42,362 bases of DNA from a virus (lineage: Duplodnaviria > Caudoviricetes): IMG/VR virus record IMGVR_UViG_3300020398_000002, positions 1-42,362 of that record; one strand, 5' to 3'. A model generated the notes under the pieces. It was not told the DNA's origin. It was given only the letters and a program-made list of their open reading frames with translations, and did no database searches. Position numbers and translations under genes: made by a program. Below are positions 17,296 through 25,890 of this stretch, piece by piece (position 1 is the stretch's first letter; every line of letters starts with the position of its first letter).

Positions 17296-17820
17296 ACCTG
17301 AGATTCGGTGTGAAGTTTACTGGTGTGAAATGAAGACAAGACACTATGTGAATCAAAATGAAATGTAGACAAGATGTTATTTTGAATGGAATGGGATGTA
17401 GACAAGATGTGATGTCTTTTATCTTGGCTTGGAGTGAAGTCGAGGGATATGTTGGAATGATATGTAAAAGATTACGAGAGATAAGATTAAGTCGATTGGC
17501 ATGGCCTGTAGTCAAGAACAGAGTTCTTGTGATGTGATTTGCTATGAAGACAAGACTTGCACTTGATGTGAAGTTTAATGGATACAAGAAGTTGAGTGTA
17601 TCGTTTTGTAATCAAGAAATGAGATGAGATGGAATGGAAAGTAGACAAGCAGTGAAGTTAATCGGGGTGGAGTGAAGACGAGTACCAAAGTGGCTTCATT
17701 TGTTTTGAAGACAAGGAGTCGAATGACTTGAAAGGGAATGTAGCGTAGACGAGTGGTGGAATGTGAATTCTATGTAATGAAGACAAGCAATGAAACGTAA
17801 TGGATTGAAATGTGATGATC
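17296..17820 (+). repeat. Non-coding pentamer-phased repeat array; putative guide-RNA array of the RAMP gene
   Basis: 14 anchors (consensus TGWAG-WCRAG) starting at 17331, 17364, 17397, 17435, 17469, 17507, 17545, 17579, 17607, 17640, 17673, 17706, 17744, 17778; internal (T/C)GNNN 5-nt periodicity. Confidence 0.85.
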
Positions 17821-17840
17821 AAAAAATTAAGGGGGAATAT

Positions 17841-18116
17841 GTGGCACAGTTAACTAAAGCAACAGGAGAGCAAGACTTTATCTATCCTAAGAATGGAAAG
17901 ACTTTTATATTAGATGAAATTCAAGGGTATGTTGGAGGAAACTTCCAACATGTTCCTTTAATGAATCCATTCTCAGAGTTCGATGTAATGCTTTGTGATG
18001 AAGATGGAATAGCAAATAAAAAACCAATTAATATGTATGCAACCATACTTGCACATCAACCAATCTTGGGAGATGTAATGACTTGTAGGTTACTAGAAGG
18101 AGAGTATGTTGAGTAG
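17841..18116 (+). CDS. DUF3846-like protein
   Basis: LDEIQGYVGG...CDEDG...PINMYAT...ILGDV; GTG 17841 behind AAGGGGGA (the track start at 17790 lies inside the array). Confidence 0.7.
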   Translation: MAQLTKATGEQDFIYPKNGKTFILDEIQGYVGGNFQHVPLMNPFSEFDVMLCDEDGIANKKPINMYATILAHQPILGDVMTCRLLEGEYVE

Positions 18117-18501
18117 CTTTAAACCATCTTGGGTTAAATCAGCAATAGGAATAGAGGATAAAAAAGAAGATAGAATAACTATTAAGAAGTTAATTAATGA
18201 GTCTCATGAAATAGCTAAGTCAAAAGGTTGGTGGGAAGAGGAAAGAGATATTCCTCATTGTCTAGCGTTAATTCATTCTGAAGTTTCAGAAGCATTAGAG
18301 GCATATAGAAAACATGGGTTAGTATCTTGGTATGAAGGTCATGACCTTAAACCAGAAGGTATAAGTTTTGAATTAGCAGATACAATTATAAGAATATGTG
18401 ATCTAGCAGGTCACTTGGGTATTGATTTGGAGAAAGCTATTAAAGAAAAGATTACTTATAATAAAGGAAGGTCGTATAGGCATGGTAGTAAAAGAGCATG
18501 A
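18106..18501 (+). CDS. MazG-like NTP pyrophosphohydrolase
   Basis: KGWW, LALIHSEVSEALEA, ELADTIIRICDL, KITYNKGRSYRHG. Confidence 0.85.
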   Translation: MLSSFKPSWVKSAIGIEDKKEDRITIKKLINESHEIAKSKGWWEEERDIPHCLALIHSEVSEALEAYRKHGLVSWYEGHDLKPEGISFELADTIIRICDLAGHLGIDLEKAIKEKITYNKGRSYRHGSKRA

Positions 18502-18937
18502 ATATATTAATAAATGCCCTAAGTGTACTTATGATTACATAGTCCTTGAAGACTTCCCTGTATGTATGTCATGTGGTTATGAGGAATATACTCAGCCTAT
18601 TTCAAGAAAAGTTGTTCCAAAAGCTGAATACTTAAAAGGCAATGTATTTCTAGTCTCATATGATGGAATGGGAAGAGCTTACAAAAAAATAAAAATCAAA
18701 GTCATTATAGGAAAAGAAGTAGATGCTCAGTTACGTAAAACAGGAATGCCACTTATAACTCCTACTTGTCCCATGTGTTCAGAAAAGAATATTAAGATGA
18801 AACTCAGACGTAGTAGAGGTAGAACTCCACAGATTCACACTAAGCATTTTAATAAAAAATTCTATCGCAACTATCACTGTAAAAATAGACACAGTCTTTG
18901 GTTAAGTGATGGAGAGTATGAGATGACATGGCATTAA
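18482..18937 (+). CDS. Zn-ribbon protein
   Basis: CPKC...CMSCG, CPMC, HCKNRH; ATG 18482 likely start. Confidence 0.65.
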   Translation: MVVKEHEYINKCPKCTYDYIVLEDFPVCMSCGYEEYTQPISRKVVPKAEYLKGNVFLVSYDGMGRAYKKIKIKVIIGKEVDAQLRKTGMPLITPTCPMCSEKNIKMKLRRSRGRTPQIHTKHFNKKFYRNYHCKNRHSLWLSDGEYEMTWH

Positions 18938-19194
18938 GAAGGAAGAGAGGTAAGAGTAATAAAAAACGTATTAGAGAAAAGTTTTATGTACGTAAGTTAC
19001 AGAATCGACATAAGACTTGTAAGAAGAGAGGTATATATAAAATTAAGGAAGAAGCTCAAGTGGTTGCAAATGAATACAATAAAAACTATTTGTTTGCAGA
19101 CATGAGAGTTTATTGGTGTGTTAGACATGAAGGTTTTCACACAGGTCATTGGAATAAATGGAATCAAAATAAAAAGGAAATAGAATGGAACTAA
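18928..19194 (+). CDS. Basic hypothetical protein with C/H Zn motif
   Basis: C...YWCVRHEGFH; GGAG SD. Confidence 0.65.
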   Translation: MALRRKRGKSNKKRIREKFYVRKLQNRHKTCKKRGIYKIKEEAQVVANEYNKNYLFADMRVYWCVRHEGFHTGHWNKWNQNKKEIEWN

Positions 19195-19508
19195 AAGATT
19201 TGATTGATAATGAAATACCTCAAGCACAAGGTATACAAGATTTACTTGAAGAAAGAGTTAAGATTAATGGATTTAAAAAGGAACTAGATAATAGAAGAAA
19301 AAGTATTGACTCTCAGTTGCGTAAATTTTGTGATAACAATGAAATAGATAAGCTATTAACAGATAACATTAAATTAACTATTGTATCTTCCTCTTCAGCA
19401 GGAAAGTGGGATAAGAATAAACTTGTAGTGATGTTATCAGCTATGCAATTAGAAGAAGTCTATAGTGAAGGTAAAAAATTTAAATACATAAAAGTAGAGG
19501 AACAGTAA
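19185..19508 (+). CDS. Hypothetical coiled-coil protein
   Basis: 107 aa, AAGGA SD. Confidence 0.7.
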   Translation: MELKDLIDNEIPQAQGIQDLLEERVKINGFKKELDNRRKSIDSQLRKFCDNNEIDKLLTDNIKLTIVSSSSAGKWDKNKLVVMLSAMQLEEVYSEGKKFKYIKVEEQ

Positions 19509-19805
19509 TTGATACAAAGTGATTATGTCCCTAAGATTATTAATGGTTACATAAATGGAATGAGGACAAAGGATATAGCTAAATATCTAGGCGTTGGACA
19601 AAGCACCGTACAGCGTTGGGTCAAGAAGTATAACGATAAGAAAGTTCTTGTTGAAGAGATTCCTGATCATCCTCATCATTATCTGATTGAAACTCCAAAT
19701 GGAAAAACAAGTCAAGGTATATGTAAGTATTGTTTACTTCAAAAAGACTTTAATAATGTAGGTCAAGCTAATATTGCTTGGTTAAGAAATAAAGACTTAA
19801 CTTAA
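19509..19805 (+). CDS. HTH protein with C-terminal His/Cys domain
   Basis: TKDIAKYLGVGQSTVQRWV; HHYLIE...CKYC; last + strand gene, overlapping the convergent stop. Confidence 0.7.
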   Translation: MIQSDYVPKIINGYINGMRTKDIAKYLGVGQSTVQRWVKKYNDKKVLVEEIPDHPHHYLIETPNGKTSQGICKYCLLQKDFNNVGQANIAWLRNKDLT

Positions 19806-20977
19806 ACTCCACCAGTCCATAATTGCAGTACACCTAGATCATAAGCTGAATATCCACTAGCACCAATGTTAGTTGTGGTAACTAATGGATCAGTATTTGT
19901 AGTTTCAATTGTGTAGTAGTAATACCAATCTGTTGTATTTCCTGTTTCATTAATCATATGATTTACAAAAATAGTTTCATCATGTTTATGAGCAATCACA
20001 GGTTTATAATCTATTTCTACTCCAATTAAACGAGCATCAGCATTTCCACTAGCGTTATGAATCATTGTATCTAGGGCATGACTTCCCTCACGAGTGATTG
20101 CAAAAACTACTGGATTTAATCCTCCTGAAACAGGAAAGTTAATAGAATCTACATTTAAATCATATGTAGAATTTGTATTATTTGTAGAACTAACAATTGA
20201 TGTAGAATTTGCAAATGCACCATTCAATCCTTTGTCATCTTCTAGGTTAAAAGATTGAAGATTCCAACGTACATCTAGGCCCGAAAGCGGTGGACTTATT
20301 TGACCTAAATAACCTGTAGTAAATCCACTATACCAATGAACCTTAAAAGTATTATCACTACCAATATTACTTGTATCATAATATGGAAGTCTAGCTGTAA
20401 AAAATGCAGTAGTATCTACAGCTTGTGGAAATGGAATATATTGTGAAACAAAATTCGTATGTCCATTATCTATTGCTCTAGCGTTTGCACCAGTCCATGA
20501 TCCAAGAGTTGTTCCTCCTGTATCACCATACATATCCTTTACCCCTACCCATGTTTGTCCACTAGAAACAGATTCATTAAATTTATGAATATGAGTTTTA
20601 ATAACAACTGGACTTCCACTTGCTTGTACCCTATATAACTTAACAGTTATATCATCTAGGGTTGCATGAACATCTGGAACATTAATCTGCAAATCAAACT
20701 GATACAAAGCATCATCAGTAGCTGTTCTTGAAATCTTTGCTCTTTCTGGTGGAGTACCTGTTGAGGTACTTACCCAAAGAGATGAAGTATCATGTGCTTC
20801 CTGTTCAAATTCAATTGTAGTTTCGACTCCATTTGTAATAGTTTTTACAGAGCTTGTGGTAGAATAAACTCTTGCAGAATCAACATTTGATGCCATAGCA
20901 TCTGTTCTAAGATTATTGTAATGAGTTGCAAGAACTGTATCCCCTGCATTTACATTTGAACTAACATACGTTGGCAT
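19802..20977 (-). CDS. Putative virion structural/receptor-binding protein
   Basis: 391 aa; Ser/Thr/Gly/Asn-rich beta protein, N-terminal VNAGDTVLATHYNNLR; end of late operon. Confidence 0.6.
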   Translation of the reverse strand: MPTYVSSNVNAGDTVLATHYNNLRTDAMASNVDSARVYSTTSSVKTITNGVETTIEFEQEAHDTSSLWVSTSTGTPPERAKISRTATDDALYQFDLQINVPDVHATLDDITVKLYRVQASGSPVVIKTHIHKFNESVSSGQTWVGVKDMYGDTGGTTLGSWTGANARAIDNGHTNFVSQYIPFPQAVDTTAFFTARLPYYDTSNIGSDNTFKVHWYSGFTTGYLGQISPPLSGLDVRWNLQSFNLEDDKGLNGAFANSTSIVSSTNNTNSTYDLNVDSINFPVSGGLNPVVFAITREGSHALDTMIHNASGNADARLIGVEIDYKPVIAHKHDETIFVNHMINETGNTTDWYYYYTIETTNTDPLVTTTNIGASGYSAYDLGVLQLWTGGV

Positions 20978-21286
20978 TTAAACCTCTCTTGTAATTACAG
21001 AAAATACTGATACATCTGGAATTAAAATATCATGCCATTCATCAATGTTTCCACTTTTCTCATGACATCTTATTTTTAAGTTAGAGTCACCATTATCAGT
21101 TAAGAGCATATGAAATTCTTTTGTAGAAAGAATTGTTTCTCCCTCAACATCAATATCTAGGCCACGATCAGGAGTAAAGAAAACTTCAATTTTCTTGGCT
21201 TGTGATACTTTCTCCAGAAAGGATTTCGGTGATATTGTTTGGATTGTGTCCATTTCTTTCTGCAAGTCTTTTCTCCAGTTGTGCAA
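20978..21286 (-). CDS. Hypothetical protein
   Basis: ORF abutting the downstream gene; true start probably internal (MDTIQ). Confidence 0.55.
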   Translation of the reverse strand: MHNWRKDLQKEMDTIQTISPKSFLEKVSQAKKIEVFFTPDRGLDIDVEGETILSTKEFHMLLTDNGDSNLKIRCHEKSGNIDEWHDILIPDVSVFSVITREV

Positions 21287-21410
21287 TCTGTTTATCTTTT
21301 AAAATATTTTGAAATTGAACCCCTGCTAAAGGATTCATTTCAAACAATCTATTTAGATCCTCTAATTCTATCTCGATATTAACAGATGGATCGTCATCCA
21401 GTATGCTCAT
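21186..21410 (-). CDS. Hypothetical protein
   Basis: 74 aa, AGGAGAG SD. Confidence 0.65.
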   Translation of the reverse strand: MSILDDDPSVNIEIELEDLNRLFEMNPLAGVQFQNILKDKQIAQLEKRLAERNGHNPNNITEILSGESITSQEN

Positions 21411-21553
21411 TTCTCTCTCCTAATTACTTTTATTAAACCCCAAGCATCAGTCATAACATCAGATAATTCCTCTCTACTCATTGACGTTTGACTCTCAGTT
21501 CCACGACAAGTTTTCATTAACCGCCACAATGCAATCAATATTCGTGGACTCAT
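21407..21553 (-). CDS. Small hypothetical protein, 48 aa
   Basis: MSPRILIALWRLMKTC...IRREK; ATGA overlap with the next gene; not in the ORF track. Confidence 0.55.
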   Translation of the reverse strand: MSPRILIALWRLMKTCRGTESQTSMSREELSDVMTDAWGLIKVIRREK

Positions 21554-21556
21554 GTT

Positions 21557-21787
21557 TCACCACCTAACACTAAAAACTATTCCTATGGATGAAGCTATTA
21601 TTATTCCTATTACAGCTAGAAGGAGATTCTTCACCCAACTCTGCCCTTCTTCTAACCTTATCAATCGTGATTCTATATGACTTAAATGATTATCTTTTAA
21701 TATACGAATTGTTTGTTCGATCTTATCTAGGCGTGACAATATATCAACTCTGTTGGTTGATGTTACCATTTCTCCTTCCTCAAACAC
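21557..21787 (-). CDS. Holin/XhlA-like coiled-coil plus C-terminal TM protein
   Basis: IKDNHLxHIE-type coiled coil followed by LLLAVIGIIIASSIGIVF. Confidence 0.6.
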   Translation of the reverse strand: MFEEGEMVTSTNRVDILSRLDKIEQTIRILKDNHLSHIESRLIRLEEGQSWVKNLLLAVIGIIIASSIGIVFSVRW

Positions 21788-21957
21788 TATTCACCCTCAA
21801 GTAATTTCATGCCAAGTGCTATGATCCCACCTGTACAACCTGTAGCAACTGCAATCATACTTCCATCTATATCCATTATTAATGCCATAACACTAATAGT
21901 TGATAAAGCAATAATTGCCATAAAAACTTGTGGTCGTATTTTTCCCATCCAACTCAT
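21787..21957 (-). CDS. Small two-TM holin-like protein, 56 aa
   Basis: MSWMGKIRPQVFMAIIALSTISVMALIMD...IAVATGCTGGIIALGMKLLEGE; GGGAGA SD; missing from the track. Confidence 0.65.
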   Translation of the reverse strand: MSWMGKIRPQVFMAIIALSTISVMALIMDIDGSMIAVATGCTGGIIALGMKLLEGE

Positions 21958-22010
21958 TGGATTTCTCCCTTACTTCTATTACTCTAGGCGAAAGTTACAT
22001 TATATTTTTA

Positions 22011-22457
22011 TTATAATTTACAAGCACAAACATCACAGGTTGTGCAAAGATGACCTTGTGTTCGTGCGCATATACAAGGTAGATCAGATGTGTGTACTCC
22101 ATCCCATGTACCTGTATCACTTTCTTCTTCGGGAACATTCATAAATGGAAATTGCTGTAATGAAGTCTGACCTTCAAATGCTCCTGTTTTATTATGAGCA
22201 TTGTAGTAAAGACCATCAATACTTATATTAGGACAAATCCTACATCCACAATGCCACATAATTTCATTACCACTTAACGCTACACCACTAGCATCACTTG
22301 TATAAAAACAATTACAATTACCATGTGTAAAGCAACTGCATCCTGTTGACGCATCCCCTGATGTACAATCACATCTACCTCCACCATCTACCCCATAGAT
22401 TGTTGCAACACGTTCAGTAAATGTAGTTCTTGGTGTCCAGTTATTAAAATTAACCAT
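22011..22457 (-). CDS. Cys-rich (CxC repeat) late protein
   Basis: 148 aa, about 15 Cys with six CxC motifs; GAGGA SD. Confidence 0.75.
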   Translation of the reverse strand: MVNFNNWTPRTTFTERVATIYGVDGGGRCDCTSGDASTGCSCFTHGNCNCFYTSDASGVALSGNEIMWHCGCRICPNISIDGLYYNAHNKTGAFEGQTSLQQFPFMNVPEEESDTGTWDGVHTSDLPCICARTQGHLCTTCDVCACKL

Positions 22458-22468
22458 TTCTATATCCT

Positions 22469-23785
22469 CTATGATTGTATAACTTCAAAATCTATTATTA
22501 CATCTAGGCTTTTAAAATCACTAGATGTAGCTCCGGGAGCGGCAACAGCAGCATTTAAGGACATTCCAGCCGTCATATAAAAGGGTTTATCTATGCAATC
22601 TGTTCCATTATCAGTTGGTACTATTCCACTTTTAAAAGGCGTAGTAGTTGTTGAAACTGGAGATGTGGCAGGAATAGTAAACAGGACATCTCCAGAACCA
22701 TCTGTAGGTGATGCAGGAAAGCCACTCAAAGAAAGACTTAAAGACATTCCAGTAGCTACTTCTGGATTACAAGCAACTATCTGATTAATTTTTACAACTT
22801 GATTAACTGTTGCAGAGGGAGGGGTAACTGTAAATAGTGTAGAAGGGTCAGCACCCTTTACAACAAATCCATATTGATTACTCCAGTTATCTCCACTACT
22901 GTTAACATTTACACCAGAAGTTCTAGCGTCTGTTCTAGAAGCTATAGCAGGTCTATATGCAAAAAAGCATTCTGAATGCCAAGAATAATTTGCATTCCAA
23001 ATATTATCCATTAAAATACCATCACCTGCTGTAAAATCACCTCTATCACCAGAATGCTGTCCCCCACGACCCGATACAAAAACGAAATCTCCGGGTAGCG
23101 TATCTAATCCGCTGAAAGAGTTAGCATCTGCGGTAAAGTTTGACCTAGGTGGTGTATAGGCATCTTGGTAATAACCACTATAATTTGAATTATCATGTTG
23201 CATATAATTCCCACCCCCTGTTTCCCTATAGCCAGTTTGTGATGGCTGTAAACGAAATGGATTTGCTTGTCCATTTGTATTGGCAATCTGAAAGCAACCT
23301 CCTGCACAATAGGTGTACCATCCATAACCACCTTCATAACCATGATACTCAATAGTTAAAGTACCTGCCCCTGCTGTAGGATTCATAAGATAATAACAAT
23401 CAAAGTTTTCCCCAAAATGACTCCATTGGGGAGAAGCGGCGTTGGCGGCATGATAATCCTCATTTGGGTGAGAAACAAAAGTTTCAGGTACATTTGTACT
23501 TGATGGAGTCCATCTAGGATAGTATTGAGCCGAAGAAGTTGGTGGAACTTCTATGCCACTTTTACTATTTGCACTAACAATAACTAACATGGAATCAGCT
23601 TGATCAGAATAAGAACTAACATCATTTACAGTCATGCTAACACTTCTATCATTATTGGATTGATTACTAGTAGTCCAATATGTTAATTCTGATTGTTGTG
23701 CTATAACAGGTTGTCCAGACGTAAGAGTCCACTTTAGTTTTCCTAATGTCATATCAGCCATAGTTGCGATATTTGGATTTGCCAT
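22469..23785 (-). CDS. Tail fibre/receptor-binding-like protein
   Basis: 438 aa; MANPNI N-terminus, Gly/Tyr/Ser-rich central insert; position in tail module. Confidence 0.6.
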   Translation of the reverse strand: MANPNIATMADMTLGKLKWTLTSGQPVIAQQSELTYWTTSNQSNNDRSVSMTVNDVSSYSDQADSMLVIVSANSKSGIEVPPTSSAQYYPRWTPSSTNVPETFVSHPNEDYHAANAASPQWSHFGENFDCYYLMNPTAGAGTLTIEYHGYEGGYGWYTYCAGGCFQIANTNGQANPFRLQPSQTGYRETGGGNYMQHDNSNYSGYYQDAYTPPRSNFTADANSFSGLDTLPGDFVFVSGRGGQHSGDRGDFTAGDGILMDNIWNANYSWHSECFFAYRPAIASRTDARTSGVNVNSSGDNWSNQYGFVVKGADPSTLFTVTPPSATVNQVVKINQIVACNPEVATGMSLSLSLSGFPASPTDGSGDVLFTIPATSPVSTTTTPFKSGIVPTDNGTDCIDKPFYMTAGMSLNAAVAAPGATSSDFKSLDVIIDFEVIQS

Positions 23786-23808
23786 AATTCTCTCCTAACT
23801 TTTATAAA

Positions 23809-24987
23809 CTAATGAGTGTGCGCCCCATAAAAACCATAAGCTGTGCTATAAAGTAACGCCAAAGCTAACGCTGTTCCTGCGCCACCTCCACCACCTGAAG
23901 ACGCCACCCAAGTTGCTACTCCATTTACATCAGAGGTTAACACTCGATCAACATCTGCATTGTTTGCAATACGTATAGTTTGAGTAGCACCAATATCTAA
24001 ATCATATGTTGGACTTGCTACTCCAATCCCTACCTTAGATTCAAAGTTGGAATCTCCACCAAATGTACTTGTTCCATCAAATCTTGATGCACCATCATCA
24101 ACAAATAATGCGTAGTTATTCGTACCTTCAGTTGGGGCATTCGCTATATAAAGCGTACTTGCATTAGTAACAGTTCCTGATGTAAGAGTAATATTAGGCT
24201 CATTCACAACTAAGGATGCAACCTGTGTATGGGTGTTACTTCCATTATTTATTGTGATGCCACCATCTGTTCCACCAACTTTTAAAAGCCTATGATCATT
24301 AGTTCCACCAGTTATGCTAGTTGTTCCACGTATGTACATTTGAGAGCTTTCTGTGGTTACTGTTCCAAGTGTAGGATTAACCACCATGTTCCCTGCTAAA
24401 GTTAATACATTAGCACCTATTGCCATTATCGTTGCATTCTGATCAAAAGATAAATTACCAGTAATTGTTTCATTACCAGTAACATTAACGGCTCCTATCA
24501 TCTCCATAGAGCCATCATCATTAATTCTAAATCTAGCTGTACTATCTATTGCCCATTGAATAGCATTAGTAGTATTCCATTGGAATGGAGCGGTTGCAGA
24601 GTCTGTTGCAGGTGCAGAGAGAGTAAGTACAGGATCATTCGTAGTAAGGTCTGCTGTTGCTGTAAGAATCGCTGTATCAGCAGATGATATTGAACAACTA
24701 AGTCCAGAAGGAAATCCAAGAGATGGAATTGAAACATCACCAGAACTACCATCTATAATAATTCTATTGTTTGTTCCTAGTGTAGTTCCTTGACTAAGCA
24801 CCCAATCATCATTGGTTGTACTATTGTCTATTCCACCAACATACTTAATTACGCTATCAACTAGATAGGTAATCTTTACATCATTACCACTAACAGCACT
24901 TAGATTGAAATTACCACCAGTAACGTCAAAGCTATTAGCGGATATCTGGTTAACATAAGTTGCGGAAGGAGATATTGATATACCCAT
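23809..24987 (-). CDS. Tail fibre protein
   Basis: Thr/Gly-rich beta repeats, KVGIGVASPTYDLDI, VLTSDVNGVATW, poly-G linker. Confidence 0.7.
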   Translation of the reverse strand: MGISISPSATYVNQISANSFDVTGGNFNLSAVSGNDVKITYLVDSVIKYVGGIDNSTTNDDWVLSQGTTLGTNNRIIIDGSSGDVSIPSLGFPSGLSCSISSADTAILTATADLTTNDPVLTLSAPATDSATAPFQWNTTNAIQWAIDSTARFRINDDGSMEMIGAVNVTGNETITGNLSFDQNATIMAIGANVLTLAGNMVVNPTLGTVTTESSQMYIRGTTSITGGTNDHRLLKVGGTDGGITINNGSNTHTQVASLVVNEPNITLTSGTVTNASTLYIANAPTEGTNNYALFVDDGASRFDGTSTFGGDSNFESKVGIGVASPTYDLDIGATQTIRIANNADVDRVLTSDVNGVATWVASSGGGGGAGTALALALLYSTAYGFYGAHTH

Positions 24988-24990
24988 AAA

Positions 24991-25890
24991 TTACCAACCC
25001 CTAACAGATAACGTGTTACTTGGCATTGTAATATTACCCGATGTTACATATGCAAAAATAGAAGTCATCTCTATCTCCTCTTCTGATAACCACCAACTCT
25101 GACCATCCTCTAGGACAAGATCAAAATTAGTAGGAGGAGTACCAGTTAATGCTTCATTAAATTTAAAATAAGCTCTACCGCCAGTATCATTATGAATGGT
25201 AACTATAGTGACAGGAGAAGCAAAAGCTAATTCAGAACTTGTATTTTGTGTAATATTGCCAGTTGTTGCAATACTTGCACCACTCTTAATAGCCAAACCA
25301 GACCTCCTTTCAAAAGTTATATACCAGTATATTACAAGATTTTCTGATGGAGCTTTTGTAACATCAATATTTACTCTAGCCCACATACCACTATCTATAG
25401 CTGTTCCAGTAAATAGACCTGCTTCTTTAAGGTCTATATTAGAAGAACTTGTTGTTATTTCATTAGTAGCAAATGAGACAATAAAACGAGCAGTCCATTG
25501 GCTAAACACAGAAGATGAATTTATGGCTTTCCCATAAGATGATCCTGTATAAACAGTAGGTGTTTGAAGTCCAGTATCAGACCCTGCAACTGTATCAGTA
25601 CCAGTTCCCACCATAATATAAGAAGGAGGAGTAACTGATGTTCCAGTCATAAAGGATGCTAAATTTGCTCTAGCTGAATCAACTACAGCATTTTGTTTAC
25701 CAAAAGGTAATACTCTTCTAATAAAATTAGGAATCCATTTAAGCCACCATTGAGAACCAATTCCTTCTCCACGCCTTTTTACCTTACCGTTCTCATCAGT
25801 AATCTCCCAATGAACATAACCTTTAACTGCAAATTGGTCTATGAAATTATTTCTTTCTTTCATCATGCGTAAAGTCCTGTGTATCCCCAT
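24991..25890 (-). CDS. Minor tail/baseplate protein
   Basis: N-VV...YIMVGTG...EAGLF...ARV pattern typical of tail-fibre attachment proteins. Confidence 0.65.
   Translation of the reverse strand: MGIHRTLRMMKERNNFIDQFAVKGYVHWEITDENGKVKRRGEGIGSQWWLKWIPNFIRRVLPFGKQNAVVDSARANLASFMTGTSVTPPSYIMVGTGTDTVAGSDTGLQTPTVYTGSSYGKAINSSSVFSQWTARFIVSFATNEITTSSSNIDLKEAGLFTGTAIDSGMWARVNIDVTKAPSENLVIYWYITFERRSGLAIKSGASIATTGNITQNTSSELAFASPVTIVTIHNDTGGRAYFKFNEALTGTPPTNFDLVLEDGQSWWLSEEEIEMTSIFAYVTSGNITMPSNTLSVRGW

Noticed and set aside
17279-17587. Minus-strand 102-aa ORF
   Set aside because: Shadow of the array (repeated SCLH peptides), antisense to the operon, no SD
17296-17820. Canonical CRISPR array
   Set aside because: The conserved part is only ~10 nt and degenerate, with no palindromic 23-47 nt repeat, no leader and no cas1/cas2; the spacers themselves are periodic
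17296-17820. TIGR array (box C/D, Nop-domain Tas)
   Set aside because: The adjacent protein has RAMP motifs rather than Nop, and unit length varies in 5-nt steps instead of a fixed dual-spacer unit
17790-17840. N-terminal extension of the DUF3846-like ORF
   Set aside because: It lies in the last array unit; the strong SD supports GTG 17841
21809-22144. Plus-strand 111-aa ORF
   Set aside because: Antisense shadow of the real 56-aa holin-like gene and the Cys-rich gene
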